From: Saprospiraceae bacterium
GTDB lineage: Bacteria > Bacteroidota > Bacteroidia > Chitinophagales > Saprospiraceae
Reading direction: 5' to 3'
DNA length: 64,000 nt
NCBI GenBank assembly: GCA_013214355.1
Contig: JABSSL010000029.1
Span: 13,626-77,625, forward strand
Each line of letters opens with the position of its first letter. Positions within the stretch are counted from its first letter, which is position 1. Shown here piece by piece: positions 1 through 9,825 of this stretch. The notes below the pieces were generated by a model. The model was not told the DNA's origin. It searched no databases and worked only from the letters and a program-made list of their open reading frames with translations. The position numbers and the translations under genes were made by a program.

Positions 1-738
1 ACCATAAATGTAGATGCAGCAGGTTCCGTTGGGGGATTCCTGTATGTATATGCTTTCAGCGATGGCAGTCTAGCCCCACCGCAGAGAGACCCAAATACGG
101 TGATGGCACATACCTTCGCTACCCCAGGATCGTATGGTGTAAGCCTGTATGCGCTAGACGAATGCGGCAATATCCGAGACGTAGATTTACGTACGGTATC
201 CAGTCTTCTCCCCGTAGAATGGGATTCTTTTGCCGCAAAACCGAAGGCTAAGGATGTACACTTGAATTGGACGACGCAAACAGAGTCTAATAACGATTAC
301 TTTCAGGTAGAATGGAGCGACAATGGGAAACATTTTAAACCATTAGGAACCATAAAAGGCCAGGGCAATAGCCAAGTAGTACGAGGGTATTCTTTTGTAC
401 ATAAAGAGGCAGGATTTGGCCTACACTATTATCGTATCAAGCAAGTTGATTTTGATGGCAGCTGGTCTTATTCCCCTATCCAGACGGCAAATATAGAAGC
501 CAAAGAACTGCTCACCTTCTTCCCCAATCCAGTAGATGACCAACTACAGATCATTTTGAGCGGAGATCGAGATTTGCAGATTAAAGTCATCGACATGCAA
601 GGACGCCCTCTTCTTAAACAATGGATTACCAATGGACCAGTCAGTCTTTCGATGGAAAATTTGGCGCCAGGTATTTATTTTGTGCAGTATGTCGATGCAG
701 CTGGAGCGTTGAGGAATTGGAAAATGGTTAAGAAATAA
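1..738 (+). CDS. Secreted PKD-like protein with T9SS C-terminal sorting domain (5' end outside the window)
   Basis: The frame is open from nt 1. It has a PKD-like stretch (GSYGVSLYALDECGN). The C-terminus (FFPNPVDDQLQIIL...IKVIDMQGRPLL...GIYFVQYV) is typical of Por/T9SS CTDs. Confidence 0.7.
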   Translation, partial: TINVDAAGSVGGFLYVYAFSDGSLAPPQRDPNTVMAHTFATPGSYGVSLYALDECGNIRDVDLRTVSSLLPVEWDSFAAKPKAKDVHLNWTTQTESNNDYFQVEWSDNGKHFKPLGTIKGQGNSQVVRGYSFVHKEAGFGLHYYRIKQVDFDGSWSYSPIQTANIEAKELLTFFPNPVDDQLQIILSGDRDLQIKVIDMQGRPLLKQWITNGPVSLSMENLAPGIYFVQYVDAAGALRNWKMVKK

Positions 739-785
739 TGTTTAGCGTTTACGATTTAAAGGGGAGTTAAAAGTTTAGAATGAGG

Positions 786-816
786 CCAAGACTTCTTGTT
801 GAGCAAGAAGTCTTGG
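786..816. terminator. Hairpin between convergent genes (13-bp stem, 5-nt loop)
   Basis: ccaagacttcttg (786-798) pairs perfectly with caagaagtcttgg (804-816). It lies between the 3' ends of the T9SS-CTD gene and the MarC gene. Confidence 0.5.
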
Positions 817-827
817 TCATTCACCGC

Positions 828-1415
828 TTACCCCAATTTGAAGCTTGCCAGATTGTCTTTGAATAACTTTATAGATATAGCGAGCAAGATAATCCCGAAG
901 ACTTTCCTTAGGATATTAGCCCCGCCCTCCCCGAGCTTCCTAGAAATCCAATCTGAAAAGCTAAGGACTAGAAATACCAACAAAATATTCAGCACTACGC
1001 CCAGCTGAATATTGAGTACATCATATTTAGCTTTCAAGGCGATAATGGTAGTCATTGTCCCCGCCCCGGCGATTAAGGGGAAGGCTATCGGAACGATCGT
1101 ACCTTTCCCAGATCCTTGCTGGTGCTTAAAGATTTCGACGCCAAGGATCATCTCTAAGCCGATAATGAAAATAACGATGGCACCTGCTACGGCAAAGGAA
1201 GCAACATCCACGCCGAAAAGATGCAACAGGGCCTCTCCCCCATACAAAAAAAGTGTCATGATCAACAAAGCTACTAAGGATGCTTTACCCGATTCAATTT
1301 TGATTCCCTTACGCTTCAGGTCGATCACAATGGGCACATTCCCAATGATATCAATCACAGAAAACAAAATGAGAGAGACCGAAATCAACTCCTTAACATT
1401 CAACATTTCAAACAC
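828..1415 (-). CDS. MarC family (UPF0056) integral membrane protein
   Basis: 195-aa multi-TM protein with the PIAFPLIAGAGTMTTIIAL motif characteristic of the MarC family. Confidence 0.8.
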   Translation of the reverse strand: MFEMLNVKELISVSLILFSVIDIIGNVPIVIDLKRKGIKIESGKASLVALLIMTLFLYGGEALLHLFGVDVASFAVAGAIVIFIIGLEMILGVEIFKHQQGSGKGTIVPIAFPLIAGAGTMTTIIALKAKYDVLNIQLGVVLNILLVFLVLSFSDWISRKLGEGGANILRKVFGIILLAISIKLFKDNLASFKLG

Positions 1416-1627
1416 TTTTTACCCGTTGGGATACTGCTGTTTTTTGGGTATCCAGAACGGTAATTAATCAATAAATTGCAAAAAAAATATCTATTGGATA
1501 GCCTCATACAGATGGCTATGCAATAGATAAATCAGTACAAATAGAACAGGGGAAATCTAGTGCCTTCTACACCTCAAATCTATCTCCTCCTGGCACAAAC
1601 ACGATGAGTTCAGGAATAGTTTCCTGA

Positions 1628-2398
1628 CTAAAATAAATATTGGTGCAAATTAAACAATTTAATAATTGCCAAAACAACAATCACCACTAAAATTCGATGC
1701 GCCCACACATTTGCCTGCGGATACTTAGACGCATAATTTGCCATGAGGTAACCTCCAGTAGCTTGACCGATCGCCATCACGCCACCAATTTTCCAATCAA
1801 TCAAGCCATTCCACTGAAAAATGAGCAGGGCCAATAAGGTATACACCCCAACAATGGCACTCTTCATCACATTCGAATCCATTAGGCTGAAGTGTGCCCA
1901 TAGCACGGTCACCGCCAAGAAGATAACTCCCATCCCCATTTGAATGAAGCCTCCGTAGAAGCCTATTCCCAAATAGGCTGGGATAACTACCCAAGGATTT
2001 ACCTTTTTAGTCGTATCGGTTTCCCGCAACCACTTTTGAGGCTTGATGACGATCACAAATAACATGATGATCATCAGAAACCTAAATACGCTCTTAAACT
2101 GCTCATTACTCACTTGGGTACTTACTATCACACCGATCACCGCTCCGATAACGGTGGAGATCATGTACAATCGCGAGCGATCCATCTTTAGTTTTCCATT
2201 CCGATGAAAACCATAGGTCGTTGCTAAGGATTGCGTAAAAACCCCCACTCTATTGGTCCCATTGGCCATATTAGCAGGGAGGCCGAGCATTTCAGTTAGA
2301 ATGGTCAAGGTGATGGCGGAACCATTGCCAGCCATGGTATTGATAGCACCAGCTATAGCAGCGCCAATGATGGCAATTAAGTAGACGTATATTTCCAT
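1628..2398 (-). CDS. TauE/SafE family anion exporter (DUF81) permease
   Basis: 256-aa polytopic membrane protein with Gly-rich TM helices in a duplicated arrangement typical of TauE/SafE. Its start overlaps the upstream stop (TAATG). Confidence 0.75.
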   Translation of the reverse strand: MEIYVYLIAIIGAAIAGAINTMAGNGSAITLTILTEMLGLPANMANGTNRVGVFTQSLATTYGFHRNGKLKMDRSRLYMISTVIGAVIGVIVSTQVSNEQFKSVFRFLMIIMLFVIVIKPQKWLRETDTTKKVNPWVVIPAYLGIGFYGGFIQMGMGVIFLAVTVLWAHFSLMDSNVMKSAIVGVYTLLALLIFQWNGLIDWKIGGVMAIGQATGGYLMANYASKYPQANVWAHRILVVIVVLAIIKLFNLHQYLF

Positions 2399-2805
2399 TA
2401 TTCTTCAGGAATACTTTGGCATAATTCTACTAAAACACCATTAGCCGATTTTGGATGTAAAAAACATACCCATTTGTTATCTGCTCCTCGCTTTGGCTCC
2501 TCGTTCAGGAGGCGAAAACCTTCCGCTGCTAAGCGTTTCATTTCAGCTCGTATATCCGCCACCTCAAAAGCAACATGATGAATCCCCTCCCCCTTGCGTT
2601 CAATAAACTTGGCGATAGCGCTCTCCGGGGCAGTGGCTTGCAATAGTTCTAATTTAGATTCTCCGGTCTGGAAAAAAGAGGTATTGACATGCTCGCTGGC
2701 GACCTCTTCAATTTTGTAGTGAGGTCGTCCCAACAGCTTGGCAAATAGTTCATTGCTGGCATCCAAATCCTTAACCGCAATACCGATGTGTTCGATCTTA
2801 AACAT
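2398..2805 (-). CDS. mce: Methylmalonyl-CoA epimerase (VOC/glyoxalase fold)
   Basis: 135 aa. IEHIGIAVKDLDAS..., SAIAKFIERKGEGIHHVAFEVADI and VCFLHPKSANGVLVEL match the conserved epimerase pattern. Confidence 0.85.
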   Translation of the reverse strand: MFKIEHIGIAVKDLDASNELFAKLLGRPHYKIEEVASEHVNTSFFQTGESKLELLQATAPESAIAKFIERKGEGIHHVAFEVADIRAEMKRLAAEGFRLLNEEPKRGADNKWVCFLHPKSANGVLVELCQSIPEE

Positions 2806-2979
2806 AGGTGTTTGATTTGCGGCAAAGGTAGCTAAAAGTCAATGGAAGAAGGGGGTCGTCAGAAAGGAGATTATCAGATCCATCGTGTAAGTAGACTAAA
2901 GAAAATATAGTCTTAGCGATTGAGGCTCGCCCAAGGTACTGATCTCTCCTCTTGGTTCTGACTTCTGTTGTCGTAATAC

Positions 2980-3459
2980 CTACCGCTTAGCCATAGCGCT
3001 TTCGGCCATCGCCTTGAGCTCGGTGTGATAAGCAGCTCCTTCTTTGCGCTCAAGCACCTGGCCTTTTTCATTCAAGAACAAGAGCGTAGGATAAGCCTTT
3101 ATGTTAAAAATTTGGGCGAGATTGACGCCATTGCCCTTTTCGGCGTCCACTTTGTAATTGATGAAATTTTCGTTGAAGAAGTTGCCTAAGTCCTTATCCA
3201 TAAAGACATCCTTTTCCATCAAACGGCAGGGCAGACACCAATCTGTGTAAAAATCAACAAAAACTAATTTGCGCTCTTCTTTTGCTTGATCTAGCAAAGG
3301 CATTAGCTGTTCTGATTCGGCAAAATCAAAGGCAAATTCTGGCTTGGGATTGGTGACATTAGTAGTGGAATCTGGGCTAGCGGGTTGAGTAGTTTTGCAG
3401 CCCATTAAAAAAAGGCTGGAGACCAAGAGAAGGGATAAGTAATACTTTAACATCGGCAT
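2980..3459 (-). CDS. Thioredoxin-fold lipoprotein
   Basis: Lipoprotein signal (LFLMGC), a WCLPC redox motif, and a thioredoxin-like length. Confidence 0.7.
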   Translation of the reverse strand: MPMLKYYLSLLLVSSLFLMGCKTTQPASPDSTTNVTNPKPEFAFDFAESEQLMPLLDQAKEERKLVFVDFYTDWCLPCRLMEKDVFMDKDLGNFFNENFINYKVDAEKGNGVNLAQIFNIKAYPTLLFLNEKGQVLERKEGAAYHTELKAMAESAMAKR

Positions 3460-3490
3460 GATTTGATTTTATCTTTCTATTCAGCAGGAA

Positions 3491-4240
3491 TTATTTTTTC
3501 AACTCAAACATATAAAGGTAACGCAAAAACACCCCCCATGCCATGATGGCACTGATGATAAAACCTACTCTTCCATCCAAGAAACCTCGTTGTAGAAAAA
3601 AGTGCTTGATAAAACGGAATAGCGGTTTACCCCACAATTGTAGAAGGCCAATAGCTTTCGTTTTTTCTAAATGGTCCTTAGCTGACCACTCTCCATAGCG
3701 CCTCATTTTTTCCAAAAAGTGGGTCGCATTCTTAAAAGTATAGTGATCCATTTTCTGAGATAGGCGGGCTATTTTCACTCCATCCGTTCTGATTTCCTCA
3801 TGCACTTGCTTATCGTCATAACGACAGACATCTCTCCTTATCAGGCGTATTACTGCATCCCCTTGCCAACCACTGTAATTTATTTTTTGCCCCATGAAGT
3901 AATTTTGCCGATTGATCCAATATCCATCAAAATCGATCTTTTCTTGAGACAAAAGTTGTTGGATCTCATTCCAAAGGGCCGGTGGAACTCGCTCATCTGC
4001 ATCTAAGATTAGCACCCACTCATTCCGTGCTTGCGGGATGGCCCAGTTCTTCTGGTCCGCAGGGCCTTGGTACGCTCTTTGCAAAACGGTAGCCCCGTTT
4101 TTTTCCGCTATTGATCGCGTGCCATCTTCACTAAACGAATCGATTACCAATATTTCATCCGCTCTAGCAACAGAGGCCATAACTGCCTCAATGTTGTCAG
4201 CTTCATTTAGTGTGGTGATGATAACGGAAAGTGGGCGCAT
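3491..4240 (-). CDS. Family 2 glycosyltransferase
   Basis: N-terminal LSVIITTLNEADNI plus ILDADE (DxD-type) motifs. C-terminal amphipathic/TM region. Confidence 0.8.
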   Translation of the reverse strand: MRPLSVIITTLNEADNIEAVMASVARADEILVIDSFSEDGTRSIAEKNGATVLQRAYQGPADQKNWAIPQARNEWVLILDADERVPPALWNEIQQLLSQEKIDFDGYWINRQNYFMGQKINYSGWQGDAVIRLIRRDVCRYDDKQVHEEIRTDGVKIARLSQKMDHYTFKNATHFLEKMRRYGEWSAKDHLEKTKAIGLLQLWGKPLFRFIKHFFLQRGFLDGRVGFIISAIMAWGVFLRYLYMFELKK

Positions 4241-4384
4241 ATTTTTGACTTAAAAATAGGAACTTAGACTATATTTGCACTCAAATTTCAATTCTCTGAG
4301 CGCTTTTCCTAATCTACTACCTGTTCGGCTAACGTTATGGCAGTAGAAAAATTATCAGAGTAGCCCAATTTCAAATTCCTATCG

Positions 4385-6061
4385 ATGGCAGATCACAAGA
4401 TTATCTTCTCTATGTCCGGGGTCAGCAAGACTTTCCCCCCCAATAAGCAAGTTCTAAAGAACATCTGGCTTTCCTTCTTCTACGGCGCCAAGATTGGCGT
4501 TCTAGGTCTTAATGGTTCAGGTAAATCTTCCTTGTTGAAGATCATCGCTGGACTGGATAAAAATTATGAAGGTAAGATCGAATTTGACGGCAGCTTTAAG
4601 ATTGGTTATCTAGAGCAAGAGCCTCAGCTGGATGAGTCGAAGACTGTTCGGCAAGTCGTGGAAGAAGGCGTGCAGGAGATCGTAGACTTAATGGCCGAAT
4701 ACGAAGCCATTAACCTCAAGCTTGCTGAGCCGATGAGTGACGATGAGATGATGAAGGTCATTGAGAAACAAGGGGAATTGATGGACAAGCTGGATCATCA
4801 TAATGCTTGGGAATTGGACAATCGCCTCGAAACGGCTATGGATGCCTTACGTTGCCCAGAGGGAGATACCTCCATTAAAGTGCTTTCCGGTGGAGAGCGA
4901 AGAAGAGTTGCCTTATGTCGCCTGCTCCTAAGTAATCCAGACATTCTACTCCTGGATGAACCTACTAACCATTTGGATGCTGAATCTGTCCATTGGTTGG
5001 AGCAATATCTCCAGAATTTCCCAGGCACCGTTATTGCCGTAACGCACGACCGTTACTTCCTGGACAATGTAGCGGGCTGGATCCTTGAATTGGATCGAGG
5101 GGAAGGTATTCCTTGGGAAGGAAATTACTCTTCTTGGCTAGAACAAAAAGCCAAGCGAATGGAGCAAGAGGAGAAGACGGCATCGAAGCGTAGAAAAACA
5201 CTGGAACGGGAATTAGAATGGATTAGAATGGCTCCGAAGGCGCGCCAGACCAAAGGTAAAGCCCGTTTGAATGCCTACGATAAATTGGCCGATGAGGAAG
5301 TAAAAGCAAAAGAGGCTAAACTAGAGCTTTATATCCCTCCTGGGCCCCGCTTGGGAGATGTGGTTATTGATGCCAAGGGCTTGACGAAGGCTTACGATGG
5401 TCGCATTCTTTTCGAAAATCTAGATGTTTCTATTCCAAAAAATGCCATTGTCGGTATCATTGGCCCGAATGGTGTAGGGAAAAGTACTTTCTTCCGCATC
5501 CTTATGGGTAAAGAACAGCCCGATGCCGGAGCGGTTGAAATTGGCAATACGGTACAAGTGGCTTATGTTGACCAGAGCCATGAAGCACTTTTGCCCGAAA
5601 AGACAGTTTTCGAAGTAATTTCTGAAGGGAATGATCTGATCACCGTTGGAAACGCTAGTGTCAACGCTCGAGCTTACATTAGTAAATTCAATTTTGGCGG
5701 AACGGACCAGCAGAAGAAAATCGGGGTACTTTCCGGTGGTGAGCGTAACCGCGTTCACTTAGCCATGACCTTAAAAGAGGGTGGCAATGTGCTGCTCCTG
5801 GATGAGCCTACTAACGATATTGATGTTAACACGCTCCGTGCCCTAGAGGATGCCCTAGATAGCTTCGCAGGTTGTGTCTTGCTCATTTCTCACGATCGAT
5901 GGTTCATTGACCGCCTGGCTACTCATATTCTGGCTTTTGAAGGTAATTCGGAAGTAGTCTTCTTTGAAGGGAACTACTCTGATTATGAAAAAGCGAAGAA
6001 GGAGCGCCTGGGAGATGTGCAGCCTCGCCGGGCGCGATTTAAGAATGTGATTAATCGGTAA
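4385..6061 (+). CDS. ettA: ABC-F ATPase, energy-dependent translational throttle protein EttA
   Basis: 558 aa with two ABC cassettes. Near-colinear with E. coli EttA (e.g. HDRYFLDNVAGWILELDRGEGIPWEGNYSSWLEQK). Confidence 0.95.
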   Translation: MADHKIIFSMSGVSKTFPPNKQVLKNIWLSFFYGAKIGVLGLNGSGKSSLLKIIAGLDKNYEGKIEFDGSFKIGYLEQEPQLDESKTVRQVVEEGVQEIVDLMAEYEAINLKLAEPMSDDEMMKVIEKQGELMDKLDHHNAWELDNRLETAMDALRCPEGDTSIKVLSGGERRRVALCRLLLSNPDILLLDEPTNHLDAESVHWLEQYLQNFPGTVIAVTHDRYFLDNVAGWILELDRGEGIPWEGNYSSWLEQKAKRMEQEEKTASKRRKTLERELEWIRMAPKARQTKGKARLNAYDKLADEEVKAKEAKLELYIPPGPRLGDVVIDAKGLTKAYDGRILFENLDVSIPKNAIVGIIGPNGVGKSTFFRILMGKEQPDAGAVEIGNTVQVAYVDQSHEALLPEKTVFEVISEGNDLITVGNASVNARAYISKFNFGGTDQQKKIGVLSGGERNRVHLAMTLKEGGNVLLLDEPTNDIDVNTLRALEDALDSFAGCVLLISHDRWFIDRLATHILAFEGNSEVVFFEGNYSDYEKAKKERLGDVQPRRARFKNVINR

Positions 6062-6175
6062 TCACGCCGGGCTTTTGGTGGAGTGTGGGGGATCACACCT
6101 GACAATGGGCAGGGAGTTTTGTCACGCCGGGCTTTTGCTGGATTGTGGGTGATAACACCCGACAATGGCGGGGGA
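6062..6175. repeat. REP-like palindromic repeat family, locus A (2 tandem units of about 55 bp)
   Basis: Units at 6062-6115 and 6122-6175. The core is TCACGCCGGGCT..GGATTGTGGGTGATAACACCCGACAATGG, with an internal hairpin TTGTGGGTG-ATAA-CACCCGACAA. The same core recurs at 8.7 kb and 12.3 kb. Confidence 0.7.
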
Positions 6176-6245
6176 TGCGCGTCAGTAAGGGGTTGAATGA
6201 ATGAAGTATCTATTTTTTGGGACTAGGTATCGAAATGTCCCTCGG

Positions 6246-6296
6246 TTCGCCAGTATGGTTTTCTAGTTTAGATGACAAGGAAACGATACTGGCGAA
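6246..6296. terminator. Long hairpin between convergent genes (11-bp stem)
   Basis: ttcgccagtat (6246-6256) pairs with atactggcgaa (6286-6296). There is no clear T-tract. Confidence 0.35.
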
Positions 6297-6359
6297 TCCA
6301 TTTATCTGTAACTTGAATCACCCGACCATTATTACTAGCCAGTAGTCGTTTCCTTTTTC

Positions 6360-6764
6360 TTACGTTTTTCTCATCACAGGCATTACCCATCCATAATTCG
6401 CGATCCAACCGCCAATTAAGACTCCGAATATCAAAGACATGCTTGCCAGCAATTCAAACCATAGCGGGTTGAGCAAAATACCATTGGTCATCAGGTAAGT
6501 GCTTTCGATAATTAAGATCAAGCACATGATCTGCTGAGGCCATAGCTGTTTGTGTCTTTTGAGCTGCCCTGCCACCCAACCGCCAACAACTGCGGCTATC
6601 ACGCTACCTATTCCGGCAAAGAAGATATTGTAAAAGGGCGTAGTTCCAAGCTCAGGCCTGCCAAAGGTTAGGTCTTGCGCCACTACCAATAGCAAAACCA
6701 TCACTAGATAACCAACAATTACACTCAAGGCGTACCGTAAAACAATGGTGAGATTTTTCATCAT
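6360..6764 (-). CDS. Hypothetical 4-TM membrane protein
   Basis: 134-aa ORF with four hydrophobic segments. No recognisable motif. Confidence 0.5.
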   Translation of the reverse strand: MMKNLTIVLRYALSVIVGYLVMVLLLVVAQDLTFGRPELGTTPFYNIFFAGIGSVIAAVVGGWVAGQLKRHKQLWPQQIMCLILIIESTYLMTNGILLNPLWFELLASMSLIFGVLIGGWIANYGWVMPVMRKT

Positions 6765-6934
6765 TATGTTTTTTCCAAAAAATAGATAATGACCAGGCGA
6801 TAGATCCTTTGAATTAGATATTCGAGCCTGAAATTTAGATCATTCTTCCTCTACTTTCCGTCAACGGTCCAGTAATCGATCCTAGCTATCTAAAAAGCCG
6901 AATTCCCTGATCGCTGTTGTCTATCTTTAAAGAC

Positions 6935-7972
6935 ATGCAAGCATTTGTAAGCAACTTTTGGGAAAATCACAGGTTTATTCAAACCATCTTTTGGCTAGTT
7001 TTTCCGCTCTTGGTGTCCATTCCCCTATTTCAAAAGTATCCGATTGATGTTGCCTTTTGGAGTACCTTGTCAACTGCCACTTATCTTTATTGGCTCGTTT
7101 TTGGCCATTACTATTTAGGACTCCCTTTCCTTATCGGACCTGCGAACAAGAAGGGGGTCTACCTCTTTCGCCTACTTCTAGTTATTGCTATTGGTGTTGC
7201 CATTCACGGTGCCTTCAGCATCCTATTATTTGATGAACTTGGAGAGAAAGAGTACAGTATTCTGGTGAGACCCTGGTCCTTTGTCATTTGGACCTCCATC
7301 GAATGTCTGCTGATTATCTTAATCAGTAGTATGATGCAATTCTCCTTTGCCTATTTTAAGCTGCAGTCCCAACAACAACAAATGGCCAATCAGCAGCTGG
7401 AGGCAGAATTGAAATACCTTAAACTTCAAATCAATCCGCATTTCCTCTTTAATACACTAAACAACCTGCTGTTGCTCACCAACAAACGATCTCCTCAGGC
7501 TTCGGTTGTTGTAGAAAAATTGGCTTATATGATGCGCTATCTATTGGAAAAAGACCGTAAAAAGCAGGTTCCCTTACATACTGAAATTGACTTCATCAAT
7601 GCTTATATCGATCTAGAACGTATTAGAGTTAAGGATACAGATATTAGCTTCGACTTGGAAGGAGATCTTAACGGCCATAGTCTTCCCCCCGCCTTGTTGA
7701 TTACTTTAGTTGAAAATGCTTTCAAACATGGCATCAACAAATCAGCTACTGCTAATTTCGTACACCTTGAACTGAAGGCCAGTCCGGACGAGATCACTTT
7801 TGAGGTTACAAACCCGCTACATAGCCATTCCTCCAATAGAACCAAAGAGACGGGGATTGGTCTACAAAATCTCCGGAAGCGCTTGCAATTACTATTCCCT
7901 GATCGACACCATTTACAAGTAGGACCGACCAAACAAGAAACATTTGGAGCCCATTTAACTATCCAGGTATGA
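6935..7972 (+). CDS. LytS/YehU-type sensor histidine kinase
   Basis: N-terminal TM helices, then the NPHFLFNTLN H-box (His_kinase PF06580 type) and an ATPase domain. The ATG at 6935 is preferred over the TTG at 6917. Confidence 0.8.
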   Translation: MQAFVSNFWENHRFIQTIFWLVFPLLVSIPLFQKYPIDVAFWSTLSTATYLYWLVFGHYYLGLPFLIGPANKKGVYLFRLLLVIAIGVAIHGAFSILLFDELGEKEYSILVRPWSFVIWTSIECLLIILISSMMQFSFAYFKLQSQQQQMANQQLEAELKYLKLQINPHFLFNTLNNLLLLTNKRSPQASVVVEKLAYMMRYLLEKDRKKQVPLHTEIDFINAYIDLERIRVKDTDISFDLEGDLNGHSLPPALLITLVENAFKHGINKSATANFVHLELKASPDEITFEVTNPLHSHSSNRTKETGIGLQNLRKRLQLLFPDRHHLQVGPTKQETFGAHLTIQV

Positions 7973-8667
7973 AAATCATTAGATGCGCCATTATAGATGA
8001 TGAACCCTTCGCTATTGAATTACTGGAGAACTACATTCAAAGAGTTCCTAACTTAGAGCTCCTCGCCTCCTTTGATAACCCTTTGCTCGGGCTTCAGCAA
8101 CTGCAAACGGATACCGTTGATCTTCTCTTTCTGGACATTGAAATGCCCGAACTTACGGGTATGGAACTCATTACAAATCTGCCTTCTAAACAAACACAAG
8201 TTATTTTCACGACGGCATATTCAGAATATGCGGTACAGAGCTATGACAAAAATGCATTAGATTATCTGCTCAAACCCATAACCTTTGAAAGATTCCTACT
8301 CGCCATTAATAAGTTTGAGACTAAAGACCAAAAAGTCCAGTTTGCGGAAAAAGAGGAAAGTATTTATATCAAGACCAATGGGGGCTTCAAAAAATTAAGC
8401 TATGCGGAAATCGGATTCATTAAAGCTATAAAAGACTACGTAATGATCTATACCAAAGATCATCACTTCATCGTGTACCATAGCTTGAAAAAGCTGGAGC
8501 AAGCCTTGCCAAATTGCTTCCGACGGGTCCATCATTCCTATATCGTCAATCTTAATAATCTAAGTGAGATTAAATATCATCATTGCCATATCTGGGGTGA
8601 GAAAATTCCGATTAGTAAGAAGTATAGGGCGGAGGTGTATGAGGAGGTTGGGAAAAAATTGCTGTGA
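7969..8667 (+). CDS. LytTR-family response regulator
   Basis: Receiver domain (IIDDEP...LFLDIEMPELTG) plus a C-terminal LytTR DNA-binding domain. A 4-nt ATGA overlap couples it to the kinase gene. Confidence 0.85.
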   Translation: MKIIRCAIIDDEPFAIELLENYIQRVPNLELLASFDNPLLGLQQLQTDTVDLLFLDIEMPELTGMELITNLPSKQTQVIFTTAYSEYAVQSYDKNALDYLLKPITFERFLLAINKFETKDQKVQFAEKEESIYIKTNGGFKKLSYAEIGFIKAIKDYVMIYTKDHHFIVYHSLKKLEQALPNCFRRVHHSYIVNLNNLSEIKYHHCHIWGEKIPISKKYRAEVYEEVGKKLL

Positions 8668-8694
8668 ACATCATGCGGGCTGGGGGGTGGATTA

Positions 8695-8920
8695 TCACGT
8701 CGGGCTAGTGTTGGATTGTGGGTGATAACACCCGACAATGGGCCAGGGGTGCGTGCCGAGTCTTATCTGTTTTATGGTATTGTGCTTTGGGGGATTGTCG
8801 CGCCGGGCTAGTGTTGGATTGTGGGTGATAACACCCGACAATGGGCCAGTGGGGCGCGCACGCCGAGTCTTATCTGTTTTATGATATTGTGTTTTGGGGG
8901 ATTGTCACAATGGGCTGGGG
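8695..8920. repeat. REP-like repeat family, locus B (two composite units of about 105 bp plus a truncated third)
   Basis: Units at 8695-8797 and 8798-8904 share the core TCRCGYCGGGCTAGTGTTGGATTGTGGGTGATAACACCCGACAATGGGCCAG and a tail GCCGAGTCTTATCTGTTTTATGRTATTGTGYTTTGGGGGATTG. A partial copy lies at 8905-8920. Confidence 0.75.
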
Positions 8921-8938
8921 CGCCGCCGCCGGGGGGCG

Positions 8939-9781
8939 TTAGGTTTTTAGGAGCTTCTTCATGGTGGTTGAGACATTTCCTTTTTTCCAAATCATAAATA
9001 TTTTGCGGTCAAATTGTTCGTCAGCGATGGGAACATATTTCACGTTTGGATACTCCATTTCTATATCCGGTACTAAAGAAATTCCCAACCCAGAGGCGAC
9101 CAAAGCCTTTGCCATATCATCCCCTTTAGCTCTAAAGACAATCTTCGGATGGATGTCCTGTTGATGCAAGCATTTTTCGACCTCACTGTATAGGGAGCAA
9201 TTGGTTCTCTCTATTAAATGCTGGCCATCGATTGCCTGCAGGGGTAATTTGCTCTTTGTGGCTAGTTCATGATTATTAGGAACGGCTAATACCAAGCGAT
9301 CCTTTCTGATAAGCCGGTATTCGAAGTCGTTGTGATCGAAGGGAATATACTTCTGGAAATAACCGTCAATGCTTTCGCTCTTCAACATCTGATGTAATTC
9401 CACTTCACTATTCTCGATAAGCTGGGTCTCTATATTAGGATGTAACTCATGGAAAGATTTCATCAAGGGCACAATGGCATTGAAATCAATTTCACTTACC
9501 ACTCCCAATCTCAATGGTTTACAATATTCCTCCGAAAAAATACTTTCCATTTCATTCCAAGTCCTCAATAATTGCTTGGCTTTAGGAAGCAACTGTTTTC
9601 CTTCATCGGTCAGTAGGACCTGTCGATTGTCTCGATAGAACAACTTACAATTCAACTGTTGCTCCAACTTCTTAATGCCCGTGGAAAAAGTGGATTGTAC
9701 CACATGAACTTTTTCAGCTGCCTTGGTAAAATTCCCTACCTCTGCCAACACCAAGAAATACTTTACAAACTGTAGATTCAT
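8939..9781 (-). CDS. LysR-family transcriptional regulator
   Basis: N-terminal wHTH (FLVLAEVGNFTKAAEKVHVVQSTFSTGIKKLE) plus a substrate-binding domain. Divergent from the peroxiredoxin-like gene. Confidence 0.85.
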   Translation of the reverse strand: MNLQFVKYFLVLAEVGNFTKAAEKVHVVQSTFSTGIKKLEQQLNCKLFYRDNRQVLLTDEGKQLLPKAKQLLRTWNEMESIFSEEYCKPLRLGVVSEIDFNAIVPLMKSFHELHPNIETQLIENSEVELHQMLKSESIDGYFQKYIPFDHNDFEYRLIRKDRLVLAVPNNHELATKSKLPLQAIDGQHLIERTNCSLYSEVEKCLHQQDIHPKIVFRAKGDDMAKALVASGLGISLVPDIEMEYPNVKYVPIADEQFDRKIFMIWKKGNVSTTMKKLLKT

Positions 9782-9825
9782 TATCTAAAATTTCGATAGA
9801 TACGATTCAATAAATCCATTTTGAC

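Noticed and set aside
1012-1467. 151-aa plus-strand ORF opposite the MarC gene, and similar antisense ORFs throughout the track (for example 796-1008, 3800-4253, 16050-16304, 18566-18853).
   Set aside because: Each is fully embedded antisense in a gene with clear family motifs, and none has a recognisable motif of its own.
5983-6165. ORFs inside the REP-like repeat clusters (5983-6165, 8808-8990, 12249-12455, 12280-12531, 12346-12570).
   Set aside because: Their sequences are generated by the repeated GC-rich core, which gives the same peptide fragments (PDNGQGG, HCRVLS) in several loci and frames. They also overlap real gene ends, so they are not coding.
8695-8920. Possible CRISPR array at the tandem repeats.
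   Set aside because: There are only two and a half directly abutting units of about 105 bp, with no unique spacers and no cas genes. The same core is dispersed at other loci. This is REP-like, not CRISPR.
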